From: Lapillicoccus sp.
Lineage (GTDB): Bacteria; Actinomycetota; Actinomycetes; Actinomycetales; Dermatophilaceae
Length of the DNA stretch: 64,000 nt
Direction of reading: 5' to 3'
NCBI GenBank assembly: GCA_965277795.1
Contig: OZ255840.1
Coordinates: 3,493,566 to 3,557,565 of the forward strand
This document shows positions 9,632 through 18,233 of the stretch, piece after piece. Position 1 is the stretch's first letter. Every line of letters starts with the position of its first letter. The notes beneath the pieces were generated by a model. It was not told where the DNA came from and ran no database searches. It saw only the letters and a list, made by a program, of their open reading frames with translations. The translations under genes were made by a program, and so were the position numbers.

Positions 9632-10993
9632 GTGTGCTGGTTCAGGACATCGCGGACAGGTGTCTCACGACATACCGGACTGATGTCTCCAGAGATCCCG
9701 GAATGAGGTGTCGCCCACGCTGAGTGTGCAGGTATGACATCTACCCGATTGCTGATCACCGTGATGGTGGCCGAGAACCGTCCGGTCCGTGAAGTGGCTG
9801 CGACCTATGGCGTCTCAACCTCGTGGCTCTACGAGCTGCTGGCCCGCTACCGCCTCGAGGGTGATGCGGCCTTCGAGCCCCGCTCCCGACGGCCCACCTC
9901 GAACCCGAAGGCGACCCCACTTGAGGTCGTGGAGCTGATCGTGCGGCTGCGCAAGGAACTAGCCGACGTCGGCCTGGACGCCGGCCCGGAGACGATCGTG
10001 TGGCACTTGGCCCACCACCACAACCTGACCGTGTCCCGGGCCACCGTAGCCCGGCAGCTGGCTGCTCGGGGGATGGTCATTCCCGCACCTAAGAAGCGCC
10101 CGAAGTCCTCTTACATCCGCTTCGAAGCCTCCATGCCGAACGAGTGCTGGCAATCCGACTTCACCCACTACCGGCTCACCCACCCCGCCGGCCGCCCCGG
10201 CCTCGACACCGAGGTCCTATCCTGGCTCGACGATTGCTCCCGGTTCGCCCTACGAATCACCGCCCACCACCGCGTCACCGGCCAGATCGTCCTCACCCAG
10301 TTCACCAAAACCGTTGCCGAACACGGGACCCCGGCCTCGACGTTGACCGACAACGGCATGGTGTTCACCACCCGCCTCGCCGGCGGCAAAGGCGGACGCA
10401 ACCACCTAGAAACCGAGCTACGTCGTCTGGGTGTGGTCCAAAAGAACGGCCGACCCTGGCACCCCCAGACCCAGGGCAAGGTCGAACGATTCCAACAGAC
10501 CATGAAGAAGTGGCTACGAGCCCAACCCGACCAGCCCGCCACCATCGCCGACCTTCAGACCCTGCTGGACACCTTCGCCGAGCAGTACAACCACCGACGC
10601 CCACACCGATCCCTGCCACACCAGGCCACCCCAGCGACCCGCTACACCACCGGACCCAAAGCCACCGTCGGTGACCGCGACAGCGACACCCACGACCGGA
10701 TACGTCGAGACCGCATCGACAAAACCGGCAAGATCACCCTGCGCCACGGCGGAACGCTCCACTCCATCGGCATCGGTCGAACCCACGCCCGAACCCGCGT
10801 CATCGTCCTGGTCCACGACCTCGAGATCCGCATCATCGACGCCACCACCGGCGAACTGCTGCGAGAACTCACACTCGACCCATCCAAGCGATACCAACCC
10901 ACCGGAAGACCACCCGGCCCCACCCGCTGAAAAACGGACGACCGAACCCACATCTCTTGGGTTCAGTCGTCCGCGATGTCCTGAGACATCACA
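9632..10993 (+). mobile_element. IS481-family insertion sequence (about 1.36 kb)
   Basis: Imperfect terminal inverted repeats TGTGCTGGTTCAGGACATCGCGGAC (left) and TGTGATGTCTCAGGACATCGCGGAC (right, reverse complement), 22/25 identical, beginning with TGT. Flanked by 15-bp direct repeats. Encodes a single DDE transposase. Confidence 0.75.
9734..10930 (+). CDS. IS481-family transposase (integrase-core DDE)
   Basis: N-terminal HTH. CWQSDFT...LDDCSRF...TDNG...NGRPWHPQTQGKVERF matches the rve-domain / IS481 signature. Confidence 0.9.
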   Translation: MTSTRLLITVMVAENRPVREVAATYGVSTSWLYELLARYRLEGDAAFEPRSRRPTSNPKATPLEVVELIVRLRKELADVGLDAGPETIVWHLAHHHNLTVSRATVARQLAARGMVIPAPKKRPKSSYIRFEASMPNECWQSDFTHYRLTHPAGRPGLDTEVLSWLDDCSRFALRITAHHRVTGQIVLTQFTKTVAEHGTPASTLTDNGMVFTTRLAGGKGGRNHLETELRRLGVVQKNGRPWHPQTQGKVERFQQTMKKWLRAQPDQPATIADLQTLLDTFAEQYNHRRPHRSLPHQATPATRYTTGPKATVGDRDSDTHDRIRRDRIDKTGKITLRHGGTLHSIGIGRTHARTRVIVLVHDLEIRIIDATTGELLRELTLDPSKRYQPTGRPPGPTR

Positions 10994-11069
10994 TGGTGGG
11001 CCCCGTGGGACTCGAACCCACAACCTACGGATTAAAAGTCCGCAGCTCTAACCATTGAGCTAGAGGCCC
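10994..11069 (-). tRNA. tRNA-Lys (anticodon TTT)
   Basis: Reverse complement GGGCCTCTAGCTCAATGGTTAGAGCTGCGGACTTTTAATCCGTAGGTTGTGGGTTCGAGTCCCACGGGGCCCACCA. Cloverleaf with anticodon loop CTTTTAA, T-loop GGTTCGAGTCC, encoded CCA. Confidence 0.9.
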
Positions 11070-11262
11070 CGCGACCATGAAGCGTACGGCAGGGCGCAAC
11101 ATGAACCGCCGTGTGACCCAGCGATCGCAGTGTAAGGCGGTTCCGCCACCGTGATCATGTGGAGGCCGTCGATGACTCGTTCGACGTTGCGTCCCAGTTT
11201 GACAGTGGCGGCGGCAGCGACGGCGCCTTCCTTGACTGGTTCCTCTCCCAGGCCGAGCGTCT

Positions 11263-11508
11263 TTGACGCGCAAGGATGCCCTCCCCGCGCTCGCCTTCCC
11301 CATCGTGTGGGTCGTCTACGCGTTGCTTCGCGGACCGAGCGCGCGGGACCCATACACGCATACGGACTACTGGTACCCCTGCCCCTTCTTTAACCCCGTG
11401 ACGTCCGCCGGCGGCTACGTCAGCGTCTCGGTTTACATCGTCGGTATCGCGCTCGTCGTCGTCCTGGTGGCCGTCGGACTCGCCTCGACGGCACGGCAGC
11501 GACAATAG
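11263..11508 (+). pseudogene. Pr6Pr-family membrane protein, C-terminal fragment (probable remnant)
   Basis: DYWYPCPFFNPVTSAGGYVSVSVYIVGIALVVVLVAVGL resembles the C-terminus of Pr6Pr/FAR-17a-like proteins. The N-terminal two-thirds are absent and an upstream piece sits in another frame. Confidence 0.3.
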
Positions 11509-11513
11509 TCCCT

Positions 11514-12482
11514 ATGGACTACGTCAAGCTAGGGTCGAGTGGACTGGGCTTCTCGCGAATCACATTGGGATGCATGAGTTTTGGTGAACCCCGCCGGGGT
11601 CCGCACGAATGGACGCTCGACGAAGATGCGTCCCGACCCCTGATCCGACAAGCCCTCGAGGCGGGGATCACCTTCTTCGACACCGCGAATGTCTACTCCG
11701 CCGGAAGCAGTGAGGAGATCGTCGGGCGGGCTCTGGCCGAGCACGGCCACCGCGACGAGATCGTCATCGCCACCAAGGTCAACGGCCGGATGTTCGACGG
11801 CCCCAACGGGGCGGGCCTGTCGCGCAAGGCGATCCTCTCGGCCATCGACGCCAGTCTGACCCGGCTCGGCACGGACTACGTCGACCTCTACCAGATCCAC
11901 CGCTGGGACCCGAACACGCCGATCGAGGAGACGCTCGAGGCATTGCACGACGTGGTCCAGGCCGGCAAGGCGCGCTACATCGGTGCCTCCTCGATGTATG
12001 CCTGGCAGTTCTCCAAGGCGCAGCACCTGGCCCGCGCTCACGGCTGGACACCGTTCCGCTCCATGCAGGACCACTACAACCTCCTCAACCGTGAGGAGGA
12101 GCGAGAGATGTTCCCGCTCTGCGCGGACGAAGGTGTCGGCGTCATCCCGTGGAGCCCACTGGCTCGCGGCCGGCTGACACGCATGTGGGGCACGACGACG
12201 AGCCGCAGCGAGGCCGACGAGTTCGGCAAGACGCTCTACGATGACGGCGACCGAGCCGTCGTCGACGCGGTCGGGCAGGTCGCTGACGGCCGGGGCATAC
12301 CGCGCGCCCAGGTCGCGCTCGCCTGGGTCCTGCGCAACCCGGTCGTCACAGCCCCGATCGTCGGCGCGACCAGGGCGTCGCACATCGCGGACGCGGTGGC
12401 AGCGCTCGACGTCGAGCTCACCGACGACGAGGTGGCCATCTTGGACAAGGGTTACCGCCCGCACGGTCCCGCGGGATTCTGA
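11514..12482 (+). CDS. Aldo/keto reductase
   Basis: GCMSFG...ITFFDTANVYS...GASS AKR signatures over full length. Confidence 0.9.
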   Translation: MDYVKLGSSGLGFSRITLGCMSFGEPRRGPHEWTLDEDASRPLIRQALEAGITFFDTANVYSAGSSEEIVGRALAEHGHRDEIVIATKVNGRMFDGPNGAGLSRKAILSAIDASLTRLGTDYVDLYQIHRWDPNTPIEETLEALHDVVQAGKARYIGASSMYAWQFSKAQHLARAHGWTPFRSMQDHYNLLNREEEREMFPLCADEGVGVIPWSPLARGRLTRMWGTTTSRSEADEFGKTLYDDGDRAVVDAVGQVADGRGIPRAQVALAWVLRNPVVTAPIVGATRASHIADAVAALDVELTDDEVAILDKGYRPHGPAGF

Positions 12483-12485
12483 CCC

Positions 12486-12911
12486 TCAGTCAACCTCGGA
12501 GTAGGCCCAACCGGACCACCGGCCGACGTACGCTCGGATGACCGGCCCGGTCGGCGAGTCTCCATGGTACTGAGGGTATTTCGCGACCAGCGCGTCCACG
12601 GCCGTATGCCAGGCCTGCCCCCCCTCGACCACCTCGGCTCGCGCGTCCACGCGGACCCACCACAACGCGGACCAGTCGTCGGCATAGTGGTCCACGATGA
12701 AACCCACCGCCGGGTTCTCGCCGATGTTGCGCAATCGACGCAGCCGCACAGTCGTCTTGGGCTTGTGGTCCACCGCGACCACGATGACGTCGTCCAGCAC
12801 CGCGAACGTCACCGGAACCAGATGCGGTGTGCCGGCGGTGTCGACCGTCCCCAGTCGCGCCACCGGGCTGGCAGTGAACCTCGCGCGGCAAACCTGCTCG
12901 TCCAACGTCAC
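12486..12911 (-). CDS. PPOX-class F420-dependent enzyme / pyridoxamine 5'-phosphate oxidase family
   Basis: Split-barrel FMN/F420-binding fold motifs (LGTVDTAGTPHLVPVTF...). Confidence 0.7.
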   Translation of the reverse strand: MTLDEQVCRARFTASPVARLGTVDTAGTPHLVPVTFAVLDDVIVVAVDHKPKTTVRLRRLRNIGENPAVGFIVDHYADDWSALWWVRVDARAEVVEGGQAWHTAVDALVAKYPQYHGDSPTGPVIRAYVGRWSGWAYSEVD

Positions 12912-12950
12912 CGGCCCAGCATCCCGCAGCGCGCGGCGGCAGGCGGCGGT

Positions 12951-13349
12951 TCAGCGACCACCCATGGCGCGCACCTTGCCCGGCGCGATCGTCATGATGA
13001 CGCGCACCTGGTCACGCCCTCCGTACCAGGGATAAGGCCCACCGGTGTAACGCTGCGACAGCGCGTCGATGTGCTCTGCACCGCCCTCGGTTGTCGTCCC
13101 GGCCACCCGACCGCGGACCTCGAAGTACCGCGTCGGGTGCGCGGCGTCGCAGACGACGACGTTGACGCGCGGGTCCCGGGCGACGTTTCGGAGCTTCTGA
13201 AAGCCCTGCACCGTGTTGATGACGACGTTCTCGCCGTCTGTGTCGACCCATGTCTCGGTCGTCTGGGGCATCCCGTCGGGCATCAGGGTCGTGACGAAAC
13301 ACAGGCTGGGTGAGGACAGCAGGTCGAGAAGCTCTGGAGGAAGGGTCAC
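12951..13349 (-). CDS. PPOX-class F420-dependent oxidoreductase (Rv1155-like)
   Basis: LSSPSLCFVTTLMPDGMPQTTETWV...NTVQGFQKLRNVARDPRVNVVV typical of this family. Paralog of the adjacent gene. Confidence 0.7.
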   Translation of the reverse strand: MTLPPELLDLLSSPSLCFVTTLMPDGMPQTTETWVDTDGENVVINTVQGFQKLRNVARDPRVNVVVCDAAHPTRYFEVRGRVAGTTTEGGAEHIDALSQRYTGGPYPWYGGRDQVRVIMTIAPGKVRAMGGR

Positions 13350-13379
13350 CCCTCCATCATGCGGGCTGTCGCACCAGCC

Positions 13380-14012
13380 TCAGAACGGCAACCAGGACGG
13401 TAGCTCCACTCCAAACAGCTGCACGGCCATCGTCGCGGCGAAGACCAGACAGATCGCCCCACCTATGCGTCGGATGAGCGACAACCGCAACCGGCTCAGC
13501 AGCGCACGACCGATGATCGCCGCAAGCCCCGCCACCAACCCGAGGGCGAGGAACGCACCGAGACCGACGCTCAGCGGCGACCCGCCCTTCGCGACGAAAC
13601 CGGCGGTCGCCAGCTGGGTCAGGTCACCCCATTCCGCCACGAAGAGGATGAGGAAGCTCGCGCTGATCGCCCGCCAGGACGAGCTGTCCGGCTCCGTCGA
13701 CCCGCCGTACCTCTTCTCCGTCTCCTCCTCCTCGGCGTCCGCCTCGGACGCGCCGCGGATCAACAGCACACCAGCCACGAGGAACAGGACGGCGACGACG
13801 GCGTGGACCGGCTGTTCCGGCAACCGGCTGATCAGACCCCCGAAGGCCACCGCGATCACCGTCTGAACGAGGAATGCCGCGGTCACACCGATCCACACGA
13901 GCACCGGCCGATATCGGGTCGCGAGCACGAGGGTGGCAATGAACGTCTTGTCCGGAAGCTCAACGACGAAGACCGTGACGAAGACCGTGGACATCAGAGC
14001 GAAGTTCATCAA
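13380..14012 (-). CDS. GDT1/UPF0016 (TMEM165) family cation transporter
   Basis: Two E-x-G-D-(K/L)-T repeats (ELPDKT and EWGDLT) in a 6-TM duplicated topology. Confidence 0.8.
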   Translation of the reverse strand: MMNFALMSTVFVTVFVVELPDKTFIATLVLATRYRPVLVWIGVTAAFLVQTVIAVAFGGLISRLPEQPVHAVVAVLFLVAGVLLIRGASEADAEEEETEKRYGGSTEPDSSSWRAISASFLILFVAEWGDLTQLATAGFVAKGGSPLSVGLGAFLALGLVAGLAAIIGRALLSRLRLSLIRRIGGAICLVFAATMAVQLFGVELPSWLPF

Positions 14013-14131
14013 CGTTGAATTCTAGTCAGCGATGACACGGCCCTCGGTATGCGGTCCAGCCGCCGGTTCTCCCCTATCCTGTCCGCTGAAGCGGCGCGGG
14101 GGGCCTGACGCAACGAAGGGCCAGACAACGC

Positions 14132-14815
14132 ATGAACGACGAGGTCAAGCACGAGCGACGGCGCAACGTCGCGATCGTCGCGGCAGTCCTGATCATCGGT
14201 GTCGGCATGGTCGCTGCCATGTTCGGGGTCGTGAGGTCCATGACGTCGCCGACTGTGGCACTCAGCGCCGTCTCGACGCCGAGCGCCACCGACTCGACGT
14301 CGGCCACGACGGCGACCCCGGTCCCGTCGACCTCGTCGTTCACCCCACCGGCACCCAGCTGGGTGGGCGCCACGACGCTCAGCCTCCCCCCGGCTGCCCA
14401 ACCGACACTGACCGATCCTGTGCCGGGCCAGACTGCCGACCCCGACCCGGACGCCACCGTCGTGTCGACCACCCCGGGAGGCCAGCCGTCCCTACCGCAG
14501 CCGACCTCCGGGACAAGTGCGACCCAGCCCAGCGAGTTGACCCAGCCGACCCAGCCGATCCAGCCGACCCAGCCGACCGTGGCCGCGGTGAGCAACGTCA
14601 CCCTCTCCTGCTCCAAGAGCGGCAGCAAGAAGATCGCGGCCCGGCTCACGTTTACCACGACGGCGCAGGTGACCGTCGCGATCTCGGCCGGCGGCACCGT
14701 CAATCGGCAGCAGGTCGGCACTGGTGACGCGAGCGTCGAAGCATCGGGCAAGGGCCCGGCGTTCTGCGCCGCTGTCGTCGACGGCCAGCCGGTGGGGCCG
14801 ATCCCCGCAAGCTGA
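14132..14815 (+). CDS. Membrane-anchored Ser/Thr/Pro-rich protein with in-frame TQP repeats
   Basis: N-terminal TM helix. Low-complexity STP region. (CCCAGCCGA)x4 tandem at 14541-14576 encoding TQPTQPIQPTQPT. Confidence 0.5.
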   Translation: MNDEVKHERRRNVAIVAAVLIIGVGMVAAMFGVVRSMTSPTVALSAVSTPSATDSTSATTATPVPSTSSFTPPAPSWVGATTLSLPPAAQPTLTDPVPGQTADPDPDATVVSTTPGGQPSLPQPTSGTSATQPSELTQPTQPIQPTQPTVAAVSNVTLSCSKSGSKKIAARLTFTTTAQVTVAISAGGTVNRQQVGTGDASVEASGKGPAFCAAVVDGQPVGPIPAS

Positions 14816-14840
14816 GTCCCCGAACTGAGGCACCTGCAGA

Positions 14841-14867
14841 CGGAACGTTCCGTGGTGCCGACGGGTC
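14841..14867 (+). promoter_or_regulatory. Candidate ECF-type promoter GGAAC-N17/18-GTCT upstream of the sigma-factor gene
   Basis: GGAACgttccgtggtgccgacgGGTCTgtc, about 95 nt upstream of the GTG start. ECF sigma genes are commonly autoregulated from GGAAC-type -35 elements. Confidence 0.35.
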
Positions 14868-14960
14868 TGTCAGTGTCAAGGAGGCGTTGAGGAGGCGTTG
14901 AGGAGACAGCGCGGACGCAGCGTCTCCCTGCGACCGGGCCACGGAGATGGAGGTGACATC

Positions 14961-15494
14961 GTGGCGGTGACGCGTGACGAGGCATTCATGGACTTCGTCC
15001 GGGACCGGTCCCACGCGCTGCGCCGCACCGCCTATCTGCTCTGCGGGGACTGGGCCTCCGGAGACGATCTGGTCCAGGAGTCGCTCGCCAAGGTCTACGT
15101 CGCCTGGCCGAGGATCGCCGCGCCGCAGGCGGTCGAGAGCTACACGCGGACGACCATGCTGCGCACGTACCTCAACCAGCGCCGCAGGCTCGGGCGCGAG
15201 GTCGTCCTGGCGGCCGTGCCCGAGAACCCCGTCGACGACCGTGACGCGGCACTGACCGTCACCTTGTCGGCCCTGCTCGCGCAGCTGCCCCCCAAGCAGC
15301 GCGCCGTCCTCGTCCTCCGGTTCTACCAGGACCTCAGCGTCCCTCAGATCGCGGCCGAGCTCGAGATCCCCGAGGGGACCGTCAAGAGCCAGCTCTCGCG
15401 CGGACTGGCCAGTATGCGTACCCGCCTCGCGGACCCGCCGTCCCAGAAGCCTGCTGCAAAAGAAGGCAAACCCGAAAGAGAAGTGACGTCATGA
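14961..15494 (+). CDS. ECF-subfamily RNA polymerase sigma-70 factor (SigE-like)
   Basis: Region 2 (DLVQESLAKVYVAW) and region 4 (LPPKQRAVLVLRFYQDLSVPQIAAELEIPEGTVKSQLSRG). Start set to GTG 14961, preceded by GGAGGTG. Confidence 0.8.
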   Translation: MAVTRDEAFMDFVRDRSHALRRTAYLLCGDWASGDDLVQESLAKVYVAWPRIAAPQAVESYTRTTMLRTYLNQRRRLGREVVLAAVPENPVDDRDAALTVTLSALLAQLPPKQRAVLVLRFYQDLSVPQIAAELEIPEGTVKSQLSRGLASMRTRLADPPSQKPAAKEGKPEREVTS

Positions 15495-16072
15495 CCTCGC
15501 AGCCGCCCAGTCTCGAGGACCTCCTGCGCGAGCGCCTGCACGCGGTGGACGAGCTCACCCCTCCGGACACGCACTTCGAGGCGCGGGCGCTGCGAGCCGG
15601 CCGCGCGCGAGCGAACCGCCGCAGGTCGTGGGCCCGCGGTCTGGTCGGTGTTGCCGCAGCTGCTGCCATCGGGGTGTTCGTCGTCCCTTCCGTGCTGCGG
15701 TCCAGCGTGAGCAGCGGCGGCAGCGCCGCCAGCTCCGCCGAGGCAGCAGCCACCGCCACCAAGGCCGGCCCCGACGGTCCGTTGCAGCAACCGCGGAGCC
15801 AGCCCGGGGGCGACGTGACCTTGACGTTGCCGGTCGGCACCACCCCGTTCGACTGGCGTTCCGCCGCCGGTGAGGCTCGCCTGGCCCAGCTGCGCGCATC
15901 ACTGGCCGGCCCGCAGTTTGCCGCCTCGCACACCTCGGTGCGCATCGACGACTCGGCCTCGCCGTCCCGCCTGGTGGTGCGGATGGGCACCTACGAGGCC
16001 GGCGTCATCGCACTCGTCACCGATGCCTTCCCGGCGGGGTCGCCCATCGTCTTCAGTGTCGCCGCCCGGTGA
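15491..16072 (+). CDS. Putative membrane-anchored anti-sigma factor
   Basis: ATGA overlap with sigma gene stop. Single TM (LVGVAAAAAIGVFVVPSVL) after a short cytoplasmic N-terminus. This is the typical ECF partner architecture. Confidence 0.55.
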   Translation: MTSQPPSLEDLLRERLHAVDELTPPDTHFEARALRAGRARANRRRSWARGLVGVAAAAAIGVFVVPSVLRSSVSSGGSAASSAEAAATATKAGPDGPLQQPRSQPGGDVTLTLPVGTTPFDWRSAAGEARLAQLRASLAGPQFAASHTSVRIDDSASPSRLVVRMGTYEAGVIALVTDAFPAGSPIVFSVAAR

Positions 16073-16087
16073 TGCCAGACTGACGAG

Positions 16088-17140
16088 GTGCTCCTGATCC
16101 AGCCGCTGACGGCCCCGGTCACTCCCGTGGACGCGTTGCGCCGCATCGCGTTTCTGCTCGAACGCTCCCGGGCCGGGACCTATCGCGTCGAGGCGTTCCG
16201 CAACGCGGCCAAGGTCGTGGTCACGCTGTCGCAGCAGGAGCTGCGCGAACGCGCTGACCAGGGCACCCTCAAGGACCTGCCAGGCGTCGGCGACTCGACC
16301 GCCGCAGTTGTCAGGCAGGCCGTCGGAGGGACCCTGCCCGCATACCTGGGGTCGTTGCAGGACAAGGAGTCGGCCCCGCTGACCCGAGGTGGAACCGAAC
16401 TGTATGCAGCGCTTGTCGGCGACCTGCACAGCCACTCCGAGTGGAGCGACGGCGGCTCGCCGATCGACGAGATGGTCCTGACCGCGGTCGAGCTGGGTCA
16501 GGAGTACCTGGCGTTGACCGACCACTCCCCCCGGCTGCGGATAGCGAACGGGTTGTCGGTCGAGCGCCTGACCAAGCAGCTCACGGTGGTCGACGCGATC
16601 AACGACTCGCTCGGCGACCGGTTCCGGCTGCTCAAGGGGATCGAGGTCGACATCCTCGACGAGGGCGAGCTCGACCAGACACCGGAGATGCTCGGCAAGC
16701 TCGACGTCGTCACGGCCTCGGTCCACTCCAAGCTCGCCATGAACGCCGCCCCGATGACCCGCAGGATGGTCACCGCCGTCCGCAACCCGCGCGTCAACGT
16801 CCTCGGCCACTGCACGGGCCGGCTGGTCACCGGTGGGCGAGGCAAGCGGGCGCAGTCGTCGTTCGACGCGAAGGCCGTCTTCGAGGCATGCATCCAGGGC
16901 AACACCGCGGTCGAGATCAACTCCCGGCCCGAGCGCGAGGACCCGCCCGACGAGCTGATCACCATGGCGCTGGAGCTCGGCTGCCTGTTCACCATCGACT
17001 CCGACGCGCACGCGCCGGGGCAGCTGGACTTCAAGGCGTACGGCTGCGAGCGCGCCGATCGGCTCGGGGTGCCGGCCGAGCGGATCGTCACCACCTGGCC
17101 GGTCGAACGGGTCCTCGAGTGGACCTCTCGCGGACGCTGA
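16088..17140 (+). CDS. PHP-domain phosphoesterase with N-terminal HhH region (PolX-family C-terminal-like)
   Basis: HhH (LKDLPGVGDSTAAVV). PHP motifs GDLHSHSEWSDGG ... TDHS ... GIEVDI ... SVH ... DSDAH. Confidence 0.75.
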   Translation: MLLIQPLTAPVTPVDALRRIAFLLERSRAGTYRVEAFRNAAKVVVTLSQQELRERADQGTLKDLPGVGDSTAAVVRQAVGGTLPAYLGSLQDKESAPLTRGGTELYAALVGDLHSHSEWSDGGSPIDEMVLTAVELGQEYLALTDHSPRLRIANGLSVERLTKQLTVVDAINDSLGDRFRLLKGIEVDILDEGELDQTPEMLGKLDVVTASVHSKLAMNAAPMTRRMVTAVRNPRVNVLGHCTGRLVTGGRGKRAQSSFDAKAVFEACIQGNTAVEINSRPEREDPPDELITMALELGCLFTIDSDAHAPGQLDFKAYGCERADRLGVPAERIVTTWPVERVLEWTSRGR

Positions 17141-17199
17141 GCGATTTGGCCGGCCCGGTGGCATCGCCTATGCTTTCGGACGTTCCTCGACGGATCCGG

Positions 17200-17271
17200 G
17201 TCCCCATCGTCTAGCGGCCTAGGACTCCGCCCTTTCACGGCGGCAGCACGGGTTCGAATCCCGTTGGGGAT
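17200..17271 (+). tRNA. tRNA-Glu (anticodon TTC)
   Basis: GTCCCCATCGTCTAGCGGCCTAGGACTCCGCCCTTTCACGGCGGCAGCACGGGTTCGAATCCCGTTGGGGATA. Anticodon loop CTTTCAC. No encoded CCA. Confidence 0.85.
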
Positions 17272-17301
17272 ACGCACGTTCAGCATCACCTGCACCACCT
17301 A

Positions 17302-17375
17302 GGCCCCGTAGCGCAGTTGGTTAGCGCGCCGCCCTGTCACGGCGGAGGTCGCCGGTTCGAGCCCGGTCGGGGTCG
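17302..17375 (+). tRNA. tRNA-Asp (anticodon GTC)
   Basis: GGCCCCGTAGCGCAGTTGGTTAGCGCGCCGCCCTGTCACGGCGGAGGTCGCCGGTTCGAGCCCGGTCGGGGTCG. Anticodon loop CTGTCAC. Confidence 0.85.
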
Positions 17376-17479
17376 CTCGAGACCGAAGGCCCGCCACCCC
17401 ACGAGATGGCGGGCCTTCGGCATACGTCGGGGTCACGCGGACAGAGGGTTGCGTTGGGTATCCGCCCTGCCCGCCCGCG

Positions 17480-17833
17480 TCACGCGCTGGTGACGATCTC
17501 GGCCACTACGAGAGCGCCGAGGAGCAGCACCTGCCCGCCGAGCAGCGCGGAGTGCACGCCCGCGGGCCAGGGTGCGCGGCGACGGCCGGCGACTCCCGTC
17601 CGGCGGCGGTAGTGCCGTTGCGACGTCACGAACACCACGGCCGCGTGTCCGAGCCCGGTGACGAGCACGAACACCGCCACCCACCCGACAGTGGCGAAGG
17701 TCAGCCGCGCGACGACGGCACTCACCCCGGCCAAGGACAGAGCCGACCGCTGCCACGCCAGGGCGGTACGTTCGGGCTGCAGGCCCGGGTCGCGCGGGAG
17801 CTCGCCGCGCTCGGTGCCGGCAGCCTCACTCAT
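17480..17833 (-). CDS. DUF202 (YidH-family) membrane protein
   Basis: ERTALAWQRSALSLAGVSAVV DUF202 signature. 2-3 TM. Confidence 0.65.
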   Translation of the reverse strand: MSEAAGTERGELPRDPGLQPERTALAWQRSALSLAGVSAVVARLTFATVGWVAVFVLVTGLGHAAVVFVTSQRHYRRRTGVAGRRRAPWPAGVHSALLGGQVLLLGALVVAEIVTSA

Positions 17834-17837
17834 GGGG

Positions 17838-18197
17838 TCACGCGAACGTGACGAGGATGAGCACCACCAGCGCGGCGACCACGACGGCGGCGGCCAGGAA
17901 CGCGCTGATCACCGAGCCGGGCAGCTTGGCTCCTCGACGCATCGCCCGCTCAGACCGCGCCCAGCGCAGCCACCCCACGCTGACCGACACCATGGCCACG
18001 AGGATCAAGAACAGCGACAAGACCCGTCGGGCGGTCGGATGGAGGCCGAGGGGCAGCGCCTGGATAGCCACGCCCCCGGCCAGCAGGGCGAGCGCGGTGC
18101 GCACCCACGCCAGATAGGTCCGCTCGTTGGCGAATGAGAAGCGCGGGTCGGGCTCGTCACCCTCGTCGTAGACCCAGCCGGGCCAGCGCCTCTCCAC
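17838..18197 (-). CDS. DUF202 (YidH-family) membrane protein, paralog
   Basis: FANERTYLAWVRTALALLAGGVAI signature. Start set to in-frame GTG (VERRWPGWVYDEGD...). The upstream part of the track ORF is not supported. Confidence 0.55.
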   Translation of the reverse strand: MERRWPGWVYDEGDEPDPRFSFANERTYLAWVRTALALLAGGVAIQALPLGLHPTARRVLSLFLILVAMVSVSVGWLRWARSERAMRRGAKLPGSVISAFLAAAVVVAALVVLILVTFA

Positions 18198-18202
18198 GCC
18201 CC

Positions 18203-18227
18203 GAGTATGCCTCGCACGGGCATACTC
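18203..18227. promoter_or_regulatory. Perfect 9-bp inverted repeat GAGTATGCC-N7-GGCATACTC in a 36-bp divergent intergenic region
   Basis: Lies between the start of the DUF202 gene (minus) and the NYN gene (plus). Candidate shared operator or hairpin. Confidence 0.35.
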
Positions 18228-18233
18228 GGCCCT

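Noticed and set aside
14898-14960. Longer N-terminus for the ECF sigma factor (MRRQRGRSVSLRPGHGDGGDI)
   Set aside because: Arg/Gly-rich with no sigma region 1. A GGAGGTG SD precedes the internal GTG at 14961, which gives a normal-length ECF sigma.
15899-17164. 421-aa minus-strand ORF (and similar long antisense ORFs: 19176-20651, 24918-25973, 35786-37798, 3488-4414, 60166-61440)
   Set aside because: They overlap well-supported genes on the opposite strand across their whole length. They have Arg/Pro/Gly-rich low-complexity translations typical of out-of-frame GC-rich DNA and no start-site signals.
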